Of a stretch of DNA of 64,000 bases, positions 11,181-22,304 are shown one piece after another. The notes beneath the pieces were generated by a model. It did not search any database, had not been told where the DNA came from, and saw only the letters and a program-made list of their open reading frames with translations. Every line of letters starts with the position of its first letter. The stretch's first letter is position 1. The position numbers were made by a program, and so were the translations under genes. Source of the DNA: Octopus sinensis (Eukaryota); NCBI RefSeq assembly GCF_006345805.1, contig NC_042997.1, forward strand, positions 128,278,001-128,342,000, read 5' to 3'.

Positions 11181-14100
11181 TTAGTCCCAGGTCAATCCTT
11201 GATGAGCAAACCTATAATATATATTTCTACTCTGAGCAATCAATCTTTTTTGATGTTACCTGTGTGTGTGTGTGTGTGTGTCTTTCTCTCTCTTTTCCTT
11301 ACTATTGTTGTTATTTTTAAAATGGTGGGGGTGGGTAATTTAATTTTTGGTTCTGATTTAGGTAGAAGGCCAGTAGTTTTGAGGAGAGGGCTTTAGTCAG
11401 TCTCATTGATCACAGGGTGTGATTGGTACTTTATTTCAACAAGAAGATTAAAGGCAAAGTTAATTTCAGTAAGATTTAAACCCAGGGAATGTAGATTCAA
11501 AACACATGCAGCAAAGACATTTTTTTTCTCCTAATGCTTTAATGATTCTGCCAGCTCAAAGCCTTGTGGGCCTTAAAAATAACATCATTCTATGTGCATC
11601 ATCTTGTCAGTAAATTAGTTCTTGCTAATCACATCTAGCATGAAGTCACTGACTAACCAATAAGGAAAATTTTATATGGTGTCTCAACTTGCTAGAAGTA
11701 GCAGGTACATCTTTGAAAGAGAAATGGGATATATTTGATAATGTAGCTCTATGTACACCATGTCTTAGCATTAGATGGAATGACTACTATTGGAACACCT
11801 TTAATCAAGGATCTTCTTTAGGGTTGGCCTGGTCTTGAACAATAACTAATTCCTAACATTCACTTAGCTATCTGTCTATGAAACAAAAAACAAAAGCCAT
11901 GGAAATAATATTAATTTAAGGAATTTATTAAACTAATATATTTTTCATTTTGTTTAAAAAGCTTAGTGGCGGCAACTCCTGTGAAAGTCAATTTACTTGT
12001 GATTTATTTATTCTTTGGTGATTAAGAAGTATTTAGTAAGGTTTTTAAATGTAAAATAACCCTAATCTATTTTAATTTATTAGTCGTTAACTCTTATTGA
12101 AATTGATATCTGGCAGACTTTAAGTTCTCCTTGTCATTGCGATAAAATAATTAGGAGAAATAATTAGAATCATTGATTAGTCAACATAATGCAAGTTTAA
12201 TCTGTTTATATTTGACTGATCTCAAGTATGACTCACTGATCTTGAGTGACTCTAAAATTCCTTTTGAAACCTAGCTGAAGATTTTTCCTTAAGTGTTCTA
12301 AGTTGCATTAAAAAAATAAATTGACAAATTGACTTAAAAATTACTAAAATGTTAATGATATTATCTTTTATTATTTTTAAAATTCCTGGTGGTGTTTTCC
12401 ATTCAAATTCAATAGACTTTTTTCTCCCTTTCTATTTTATTATCACAGCCACATTGTTGGAATAAGATCTGTGTCTATCAATCAGAGCTCTTAAAGAGAA
12501 ATCCTTAATGAAAGATCTCGTCTTCAATCACAACCAAAGTGGATTTATCATGATCTTTAAATGTTGCCATAATTTTAGCTTGTTGATTTCCTTTTGTTAA
12601 ATTTTATTGAGAATTTAACTCAGTTACAGCACAAGAAGCAGCAATTCCACCCCTCCACCCCCCGTAAACAATGACTGTTTTCTTTTAGAAATTTAGTTTA
12701 TGTTATGACTTAGCATTGTTTCCTCTTGTTCTTTGTTATTGTTATTTACTATTGTTGTGATGTGTGTACTGGAGGGAAGTCTTTCACTTCAACTTACTCA
12801 TGCAAACACTATAACATTCTAAGGGCATTATTTATTGCTCTGTTATTGTTACTGTTATTGTTATTGTCTATATTGTTTGTCTCTGTTGTTTTACTTCATT
12901 CCAGACTTGAATAAATATCTATTTATACAGCTCAAAAATTACTCTTTCATCCAATTTCCTTTTATGAGGAAAGTCTATTTTCATTATATGTAAAATATTT
13001 TGGTATTTTGTCTTACTCTTTGGAACAATGCTTGTTGACTGTTTCTTGCTTTTTCGAGGTTAGCTTTAATATTTAGTTGATTTTAGGATTTTCAAATAAT
13101 CATACATAAAGCATTTTACATAAAATAACCAAACACTTCAAGTATTTTCTTTTGAGATATAGAAAACTTTCCAGATTCTTTGCATATGTATATTTACTCT
13201 GCAAAAAGATAAAAAAAATAATAATAAAATATAAAAAAGGATTATAAAAAAAATCAGATTTATCCTCTTGTTTTGTCATATTTTGTCTTTAGCTGTAACA
13301 TTACAGTTTTCAAATGAAATTCTTGAACGATCAATACTTAAATCTTCTGATTTTGTTTAATTCTTAATACAAGGAAAATAAAACATGCTGAAAATGTATA
13401 TTCATTTCAAACAATGATTTTCATCTATATTTGATATCAAGAAAATGGTTGATTGGTACTAAATTTGATTCACTGAGAGACAAGCTTATTAAGTCAACTT
13501 AGTGTGATCTGCTCAATACCTCTCATAATTGTGATGATTCTACAAACATTATTTGATTATTGCAAAATGAATTTAGGATAAATATATTTTAAAACATGTT
13601 ACTTGTGTAAGAATACGCTTTCTCTATAACAGACGCTTGCATAAAAGCATGGAAAACATACCACCAATATACATGATATTTTAAAAAGTGATTGGTTTTG
13701 TGTGTGTGTGGTGCATGTGTGTGTGTACATGTACACACGAATACATACACGTATGTATCTATTGAATTTCAAAGTCATTCCAGTTTATCATGATTTACTT
13801 AAAAATAAAAAAAGACTCACTAAGTCATATGTCTAGATTTATTATATTTATTTATTTATATATTTAATACATTTTACATCAACATTTTTCCATATTCTTG
13901 TCAGAAATCTTGAAATAAAATTGAACAAAAGTCTTTTACTTCACTTTCATATTTACCAAATGCAAGTACGGAAAAACGGACGTCAAATGATGTTGATGGT
14001 GGTGGTGGTGGTGGTGGTGGTGGCGGTGGCAGCGATGGTAGTGGCAGTGGTGTTCACCTTCCTCTCCCATCTTGTTCTTCAAACTTGTGTTATTTAATGA

Positions 14101-14689
14101 TGTATCAGCGTGCATTGCCTGTGTATTTTGTGTGTGAGTGTACGGCAGTGTGTATGTATGCATCTGTGTGCTTTTGCTTGCAAGTTTGTATTCTAATATG
14201 TGTATGTTGTATGTATAAAGTGTGTTTATGAGTGTATGCGTATGCTAGGTTTTTATCTGTGTTTGTGTGTGTGTGGGTGTGTGTATGTCTTTGTGTGTGT
14301 GTGAATTCATGTTTGAGTGTATTGTATGTTTTTGTTTATGATTGCATGTATGAGCGCATTTGTATATATGTTCTGTGTATGTATGTACATGAATATGTGT
14401 ATGTGTTTGCACCCATGTGCTGATTTGCGTGCATGTATGTATTTATATCTCTTTGTGTTACATGTATGTGTCTGTGTCTCTTTGTATTTGCGTTGAGTGC
14501 ACGTATCAGTGTGTATGTTTGCGTGTGTGTGCGCAGGTTGATGCAGATGTAAAGTTAAAGTGATTGGTTGGCAATAGAAGTGGGCTTTTTTCCAATAGAC
14601 TTGCTGATACATTAGCACAGTTACATCTGTGTTTCAGAATCCAAATCACACATATATAGACATGCATGCATTCATGCATGTGTGAGTGT

Positions 14690-14732
14690 GTGTGTATGCA
14701 TGCATGTGTATGTGCGCGTGCGTGCATGTGTG

Positions 14733-14810
<78 letters not shown>
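14690..14810. repeat. Compound (TG)/(TC)n/(TA)n microsatellite
   Basis: Seen directly. Confidence 0.95.
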
Positions 14811-14812
<2 letters not shown>

Positions 14813-15754
14813 CAACTGATATCTAATTAACACTCGAAATAGGAACATCGCCATGTATATCAATTTATATATGCGAACACTATCTTATCAGGTTCCCATC
14901 ACATGGGTGAATATGTGTTTTTAGCTGGGAACATAGCAACAGTGCTATATCTATATCCATGCCATCATCAAGGGACTAAAACAAAGAGATAATGTTGCAG
15001 ATTTTACCTCTGTTTATGCTTATCTGAGAAAAAAAAAAACCAAATGGACATATATGACAGAAGCCAGAAAACTGCAAAATTTGCTATAGTTACTCTCATT
15101 GTAAAAGCTTTATGAGAATTCAAATGATTGAAGCCAAAATTAAAAATAACATTTGAGCTCAACTTACAAAAGGCAACCATGATTCTGATAATACTGAAAT
15201 GAAATCGCTTTGTATAATAGAAAATATTTTATTGTGGAGAGGATTTAGTAAAGAAGTCTATGAATGTTAGAAGTACAAAAATTATTCAATACTTATTCAC
15301 TAACTGAAATTTAATTAACACTAACTGAAATTTAATTAACACTGGAAGTACGAACAAACCCCATTACACACTTCAATTCATATATGTAAACATTAACTTA
15401 GATTCCCAACATAGCGTAAATTCATGTTTGTATCTTAAAAGCGTAAATTTTTCAGTTTCTCTTATTTGTTATAAGTACATTGTAGTTTCTTTGAAACATT
15501 AAATTTTGAAAACCATCATGAATGTTTCTATACTTTATCACTATCATCTTCAGAACAAAGCAATGAACCACAAGTCTGTAAGTTTATAAATTATGAGTAT
15601 TATGATCAATATGTTTGATTGCAAATTTTGAAGTTGTAAACTTCACAACTCTACTTATAATAGTTGTCATATATTGCCTCATAAAACAGGCACCTTGGGA
15701 ATTTAAGAACGCACAAAAACTCAAAAACTTCTTGCTTGGTTCTTCTGCATATAG

Positions 15755-15844
15755 TTTATTATGAAGCATCCAAAAATTCTGTTACACTTTCTCAATTTGG
15801 TCACTGATACAATTTCAGACGCAGCAGAATTATCAGTGATCAAG
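15755..15844 (+). CDS. Candidate 90-nt phase-0 exon (FIMKHPKILLHFLNLVTDTISDAAELSVIK)
   Basis: Acceptor 'ttcttctgcatatag|' and donor 'AAG|gtatag'. Only one frame is open. No homology recognised. Confidence 0.2.
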
Positions 15845-16101
15845 GTATAGAAATGTAACATAATGTTTTAACAACTTGAAACAGAGAAATAAGACATACA
15901 GGCAAAGTGAATATAATGTTCTTTGTGTGCTCTTAAATGGTTAAAATGACTGTCCAATAATGTAATTGTTATAGTTTCAACACATCGCCTCACATGAAGT
16001 CACTTGACAAACTGTGCAGCTCTCTTTCTTTCTCTTTGTATATCATCATCCCACATACATCATCATCATCATCAACATTTAATGTCCTCCTTCCATGGTG
16101 G

Positions 16102-17119
16102 CATAAATGTTCAATAATACTGAGATCTGGGGACTGTGGTAGCCAGATAAGATGTTCAACTTCACTAGAATGTTCCTCGTGCCATTCAGTAACAACTTTT
16201 GCTGTGTGAATTGGTGCATTATCTTGAAAGATTGTTTCCCGCTGGACATAGTTCTGCAACCATAGGATGAATTTGATCACATAAAATGCTTAAATAATCT
16301 TGACATTAATTCTGCCATGAAAGGAAATCATTGTGCTGGCAGATTTCCAAGATCATCACAGATCCTCCTCTGTGTTTAACAGTTGGAAGAAGGCAGTCTG
16401 GTTCAAATGCTTCTTTTGGCTGTCTCCACACATACTCGGCCAGTGGTCAGAAATAAGGTAAAGGATGAGAAAATAACATTCTCCCACTGCTCTAGGGACC
16501 TATTCTGTAGGTTTTTTTCTCCACTCTAAACACTTTGCAACATTTATTTTTGAAAGTAGTGGTTTTCTGATTGCAGCCCTCCTGTTAAATCCTTTGTGCA
16601 GCTCCCATCGAATAGTTTTGTGGAAACTGGGTTCTCAAGGTGGTCATTAAGCTCTGCAGTAATTTTGGGAGCTGTACTTTTGTGATCCTTTCTAACAGTT
16701 CGCGTAAGAGTCCAACGATTGCTATCTGAAAGTTTTGTCTTTCTTCCAAAGTTTTGTTTTGAAGAGGAGGTTTTTCCCTCTTTCTTGAAGGCTGTTATTA
16801 CTTTTGAGACAGTACTTCTTGATGCACCAAGTATTTCAGCTGTTTTCATTATGCTAGAGCCTGCCATACAAGCACCAACAATTTGACTGCTTTGAAATTT
16901 CTGATAAATCTGTCATTTTAATGAACTTTAATTACCTTTTTCTGATGATATCTGAAAAGAAACAGCAATTTTAGCAAAGCATTTTAAGCAACACTAATAA
17001 TAAATGAAAAAAACATAAAAATAAACAGGCGTAAGTTTTATAGATATTTTATAGAGGAGGATCTGTGATGATCTTGGAATTATGAAGCTAGGTGTTTCCA
17101 TTATTTTGTCTAACCCCTT
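16102..17119 (-). mobile_element. Tc1-family transposon, DD36E spacing, defective and 3'-truncated
   Basis: TIR-like end 'aaggggttagacaaaataatggaaacacc'. N-terminus MTDLSE/FQSSQIVGACMAGSSIMKTAEILGASRSTVSKV starts at 16916. Also KH.GGSVMI and FQDNAPIHTAK...PQSPDLSIIEHL, with 36 residues between D and E. The first catalytic D is deleted and there are frameshifts. Confidence 0.9.
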
Positions 17120-17144
17120 TATATACACACATGCATTATATATA

Positions 17145-17976
17145 CAGGTTGCAGTGAATAAACTGTTGTTTAACTTAAGCAAAAATAAAAATAACAGACA
17201 TCACTGACATTACATTAAAATATCTTGAAATTCTAAATTTATTCAATAAAATCGCCATTGGCTTCAACCATGACCTCCAGACAACATTGGAATTTCCTGC
17301 AACTTTTCTGGACGGTCCCCTTGTTTAAGTTGGTGAATGCTGCCATAATCCTTGCCTTCCGTTCATCTTTGGTGTTATGAAGAGTTGTGTTGGTCTCTTG
17401 CTTAACTGTGCCCCATACATAATAATCAAGAAGGTTGCAGACTGGAGAGATAGGTGGCCAGATTTTAGGAGTGACGTGGGTGCAGAAATTGTCTGACAGC
17501 TGTGACTGGGCTCTCCGGCTTGTGTGGCATGGTGCAGAGTTCTGTTGCCAGACATAGGGTCTTTGAGCAGCCACCCACTTGGCCCAGGTCAGTACTACCT
17601 CCTCCAGGCACTTCATGTAGGCCTCTGTGTTGAATCTGAAGTTGTGTGGGAAAATGAATGGTGGCATAATGTCACTATCACTAGTGATCACCATAATGTT
17701 GACTGGATGTTTGATTTTCATCACTCTCAGTACATCTCGGATTGATACCCAAACACTCTGAAATGTTCATATTGGAGCTTCTGGTGTGAATGCCAAGCAG
17801 TACAGCATGTCGTTTCCAAATTTCTACCAGAGGGAATTGCACCATGGTGCTGTTTTTCTCACAAATGGTGCCTAACTGACCCTACCATACTGTGCAGTTG
17901 ACAAAACCAAAAGCAGACAATGTGCATGCATGAAATAAAAAATATAAAATGGCAGCAATTTATTCATCGCACCCTG
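17145..17976 (-). mobile_element. maT (DD37D) Tc1/mariner element, internally deleted
   Basis: TIRs cagg(t/g)tgc..tgaataaa.tg flanked by TA. ORF contains WQQNSAPCHTS...WPPISPVCNLLDYYVW, with 37 residues between the second (D>N) and third catalytic positions. The N-terminal half is missing. Confidence 0.9.
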
Positions 17977-18009
17977 TATATATATGTGTGTGTATGCACA
18001 CATGCACTA

Positions 18010-19088
18010 CAGGGTCCGTAGAAAATATTGGCGTCTAAATTATGCAAAAATGAAAATAACACTGATATCTCATTTTAACAGATATATTTACCAAAGTTAC
18101 ATGAAAATATCTTGAAATACTAAAGAGTAAATTTATTCAATAAAATCACCATTGGCGTCAATCATGGTCTCCAGACAGCTTTGGAATCTTCTGCAACTCT
18201 TCTGGGCAGTCTCCTTGTTTAAGTTGGTGAATGCTGCCATAATCCTTGCCTTCAGTTCATCTCTGTGTTACAAGGAGTTTTGTTGATCTCTTGCTCAACT
18301 GCACCCATACATAATAATCAGGGTGGCTGCAGTTTGGAGAGTTATGTGGCCTGATGTTAGAGTCAATGTGGTCACAGAAATTGTCTGACATCCATGATTG
18401 GGTTCTCCTGCATGTGTGGCATGGTACAGAGTTCTGTTGCAAGACATGTTTGATGGAGGAGATGCTTGAATTTGTTTAGAAGCTTCATAGTGTGGGCTTT
18501 CCCCTCATCCTTGATGATTTGATTGGAGGGGATGCTTGAGTTTGTTTGAAAAGCTTTGTAGCACGGTTTCCTCTTGTCCTTGATGGTTTGGGATAAAAAT
18601 TGGCCCTTTCTTATCTTATATGAGGAATACTGAATGTCTTCATGCACTACCTGCCTGAGAAGAAGCTCAAACACTCCCATGTCCCTGGCAATGGACTTGA
18701 TTGCCTTGGAGTGATCATTGTCAATCATGGTCTGGATTTCACCAACAAATTCAGATCTTTTCTTATCAGAATGATCAGAGTGAGTTTTCCAAGCTGCTGT
18801 ACCTTCATAGTCATCATTAGACTCATCCAACTCTTTCTGAATCCTCTGCATTGTCCTCAGATCGACACTGAAACACTCTGAAATAGAGCTTCCAGTGTGA
18901 ATGCCAAGTTGTATAGTATGTTGTTTCCAAATTTCTGGCAGAGTTAATTGCCTCATGATGGTGATTTTCTCACAGGATGGTGCCCAACTGACTCTACTAT
19001 ACTGTGTAGTCAACAAAATCAAAAACAAACAATGTGCAAGCACAAAATTAAAAATATAAAATGGTGACAATTTACCCATCGCATCCTG
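18010..19088 (-). mobile_element. maT (DD37D) element, second copy with a different internal deletion
   Basis: Same subterminal sequence as the 17145 copy and TA flanks. It keeps the N-terminal HTH region, lacks the central DDE part, and has a diverged ~70 bp internal tandem duplication at 18455-18590. Confidence 0.88.
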
Positions 19089-19090
19089 TA

Positions 19091-19127
<37 letters not shown>

Positions 19128-19672
19128 TGTTCCTGATATTTTAATAAAACTGATGCGCTATGATATATGATATATTTAAATTAATATATTTAAAAGTATA
19201 CAAATATATTTTATTACTGTTATATTAATATATTTTTTATTTTTTATTTTTGTTTTTGATTATTGACACTGACGCTTGAAAACATAAATATATTTAAATT
19301 CAGTCTTTTCTTGGATCTGAGAATCCTCATATATCAAAAATTACACTGAAGAGATTCTTACTCACAAACAATGGATTTTTATAATTTTATTATGGGTTAG
19401 AATCGAAACCATTGTATGTAATTTGTGTTTAATATTTATTATATTGTATTATATTATTATAAGAATATAATACAATATAGTATTATGTTAATAAATTTTA
19501 AATCTTGAATTCACAATTGTACATCTCCATTTTCTATTTGTTTTTATAAATTTGATATGTACATATGTGTTTTGTAAGGTTTTTTCTCTTCAGAATTGGG
19601 TATCTAACAGTGGAGCCAGTGAAAGATTAGGTGTTTCATCCCTATTTTCCTTGTATTGTATTTAATTATAAA
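19128..19672 (+). mobile_element. AT-rich ribozyme-bearing insert, probably a Penelope pseudo-LTR or retrozyme-like unit
   Basis: Bounded on both sides by (TA)n, carries a hammerhead and a strong 3' splice site 'ttttttctcttcag|' at 19593. The class assignment is inference. Confidence 0.5.
19338..19424 (+). ncRNA. Minimal type-I hammerhead ribozyme
   Basis: Stem I aaattaca(19338-45)/tgtaattt(19417-24). Core CTGAAGA 19346-52. Stem II gattct-t-actca/tgggt-t-agaatc with G10.1-C11.1. GAAA 19405-08. Two-bp stem III with loop catt. GUA cleavage triplet 19414-16. Confidence 0.82.
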
Positions 19673-19697
19673 ATATATATATATATATGTATGTATG

Positions 19698-19744
<47 letters not shown>

Positions 19745-19746
<2 letters not shown>

Positions 19747-19955
19747 TTGTGTGTGTATATGTTTGTGTGTCTGTGTTTGTCCCCTCAACATTGCTTGACA
19801 ACTGATGCTAGTGTGTTTACGTCCCCTTAACTTAGTGGTTTGGCAAAAGAGATCAATAGAATAAGTACTAGGCTTACAAAGAATAAGTCCTGGGGTCGAT
19901 ATGCTCGACTAAAGGCAGTGCTCCAAGTCAAATGACTGAAACAAGTAAAAAGAGT
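19745..19955 (+). mobile_element. SINE family A, 3' half only
   Basis: 'tgtttgtcccctcaacattgcttgacaactgatgc...gaataagtactaggcttacaaagaataagtcctggggtcgat...gactgaaacaagtaaaag'. Confidence 0.85.
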
Positions 19956-20270
19956 ATATATATATATATATATACTATACAAATTTATATATTTATATAT
20001 ATATACTATACAAATTTATATATATATATATATATACTATACAAATTTTTATATATATACTATACAAATTTAAAATATATGTTTTATATATATATATATA
20101 ACATATATTTTAAATTTGTTTACAGGAAACATTTTGAATATGCAAATAAAGCTCCTATTTCATTATTCATTATGCCAGCCAGAGTCTAATGATGCTGACT
20201 GGTGAACCAGTTGTTTTTTTTTTTTTGAGTAGTATTGAGTTGTGGTGATATAATGTAGGATAAATATAGT

Positions 20271-20578
20271 AATAACAACAATGATATGTGGATGGAATTA
20301 TAAATCTCTAATGCATCTCTATGTGCATTTCCAGAAATCACATGTCCCTTAAGATCACAGTCTGTATTCCTGGGAAGTTTACAGCGCAATCTATAGTATC
20401 TGTGTGGTCATCAGGTTGATCATCTTCATGGATTCAGTTCTACAGGCGATATAAATTGATGGTCACAGATATTATGGACCACACTGTAATATGTGATTGT
20501 AAGGGATGTGTGATTTATGGAAACACACATAATGATGTATTAAATGTTTATAAATTCCATCCAAGGATTGTTATTATT
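20271..20578. repeat. Diverged long inverted repeat (foldback)
   Basis: 20271-20413 aligns to the reverse complement of 20457-20578, e.g. tggatggaa-ttataaa, tttcca.aaatcaca..tccctta..atcaca. The loop is 43 nt. Confidence 0.85.
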
Positions 20579-20620
20579 TTTAACATATACATACATACAC
20601 ACACATATATATATATATAT

Positions 20621-20778
20621 CATCATCATCATCATCATCATTTAACGTCCGTTTTGCATGCTAGCATGGGTTGGACGGTTCAACTGGGGTCTGGGAAGCC
20701 AGAAGGCTGCACCAGGCCCAGTCTGATCTGGCAGTGTTTCTACAGCTGGATGCCCTTCCTAACGCCAACCACTCCGAG
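20621..20778 (-). mobile_element. SINE family C / RTE 3' tail
   Basis: (CAT)n followed by 'ttaacgtccgttttgcatgctagcatgggttggacgg...ggatgcccttcctaacgccaaccactcc'. Confidence 0.9.
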
Positions 20779-20780
20779 TC

Positions 20781-21896
20781 AGTAGCAGGGGTGGATGCTC
20801 TGAAAGTGTTGCTAGAATGAAAATAGCCTGGGCAAAGTTCAGGGAGCTCCTACCTCTGCTGGTGACAAAGAGCCTATTGCTGAGAGTAAATGGTAGACTG
20901 TATGACGCATGTGCACGAACAGCCATGCTACATGGCAGTGAAACATGGGCCATGATTGCTGAGGACATGCGTAAGCTTGCAAGGAATAAAGCCACTATGC
21001 TCCGCTGGATGTGTAATGTCAGTGTGCATACATGACAGAGTGCAAGTGCCATGAGAGAAAAGTTGGACATAAGAAGCATCAGATGTGGTGTGCAAGAGAG
21101 ATGACTGTGCTGGTATGGACATGTGGTGCAAATGGATGAGGACAGCTGTGTGAAAACGTGTCACACCCTAGTAGTTGAGGGAATCTGTGGAAGAGGTAGA
21201 CCCTGGAAGACATGGGATGAGATGGTGAAGCACAACCTTCGAACATTGGGCCTCACCAAGGCAATCACTAGTGACCGAGACCTCTGGAAATATGCTGTGC
21301 TTGAGAAGACCCAGTAAGCCAAGTGAGACCATAATCTTGTGGCCTATGCCAGTGGTGTAACCAGCCTACTTATGCGTTGCTTGCAAAGACCTGTTGTGGC
21401 AAGTGAAATCACAATCATATTTGCTGACATCGCCGATGACAGCACCGCCTGACTGGTACTCATGCCAGTGAAACGGTAAAAGCACCATCTGAGCGTGATC
21501 GCTGCTAGGGTCGCTGACTGGCTCCCATGCCAGTGGTACATAAGAAGCACTATTCGAACGTAATCGTTACCAGCGTCGCCTTACTGGCACTTGTGCCGGT
21601 GACACATGAAAAACAACATTCAAGCGAGGTCGTTGCCAGTGCCACTAGACTGGCTCCTGTGCAAGTGGCACATAAAAAAACACCATTTGAGCATGGCCAT
21701 TGCCAGTACCGCCACTCGTAAAAGTACCAACTACACTCTCAGAGTCGTTGGTGTTAGGAAGGGCATCCAACTGTAGAAACTCTGCCAGATCAGATTGGAG
21801 CCTGGTGCAGCCACCTGGCTTGCTAGTCCTCAGTCAAACCGTCCAACCCATGCCAGCATGAAAAGCGGACGTTAAACGATGATGATGATGATGATG
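20781..21896 (+). mobile_element. 5'-truncated RTE-clade LINE: RT C-terminus, repetitive 3'UTR, (GAT)n tail
   Basis: AWAKFRELLPLL...GRLYDACARTAMLHGSETW...WYGHVVQMDEDSCVK...GRGRPWKTWDE. The 3'UTR has ~60-70 bp internal repeats and ends in gatgatgatg. Confidence 0.92.
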
Positions 21897-22219
21897 TATA
21901 CAGACTACATATATATGTATATATAAATATGTGTGAGTGTGTGCATATGTGTATACATATCGTTTGTAAGTCCAAAACATTGTTATAAGTCCCCAAAAAG
22001 TTCAAAACATTGCTTTTTTAGAAAATAAAAAAATACTTTCACCATTCCATAGCAAAACTGTTGTACTACACTTTGTCAATTTTTGATATCTTGGCATCTG
22101 AAGCAGCTGGAGATATGACAGTTTGACCAAGAGAACAGACTATTGCAAACAAAAATGAATATAAAGAAAAAATGAATTTGGCCAAATTCGGACACATGAC
22201 AGTTTAACAAAATAGTAAT

Positions 22220-22259
<40 letters not shown>

Positions 22260-22304
22260 AATACACACACACATACCTTTATATATACCAGTCTTTATAT
22301 TCAA

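Noticed and set aside
12441-12462. miR-2/miR-13-like start (tatcacagcca)
   Set aside because: Only 11 nt match and there is no complementary arm upstream to form a precursor.
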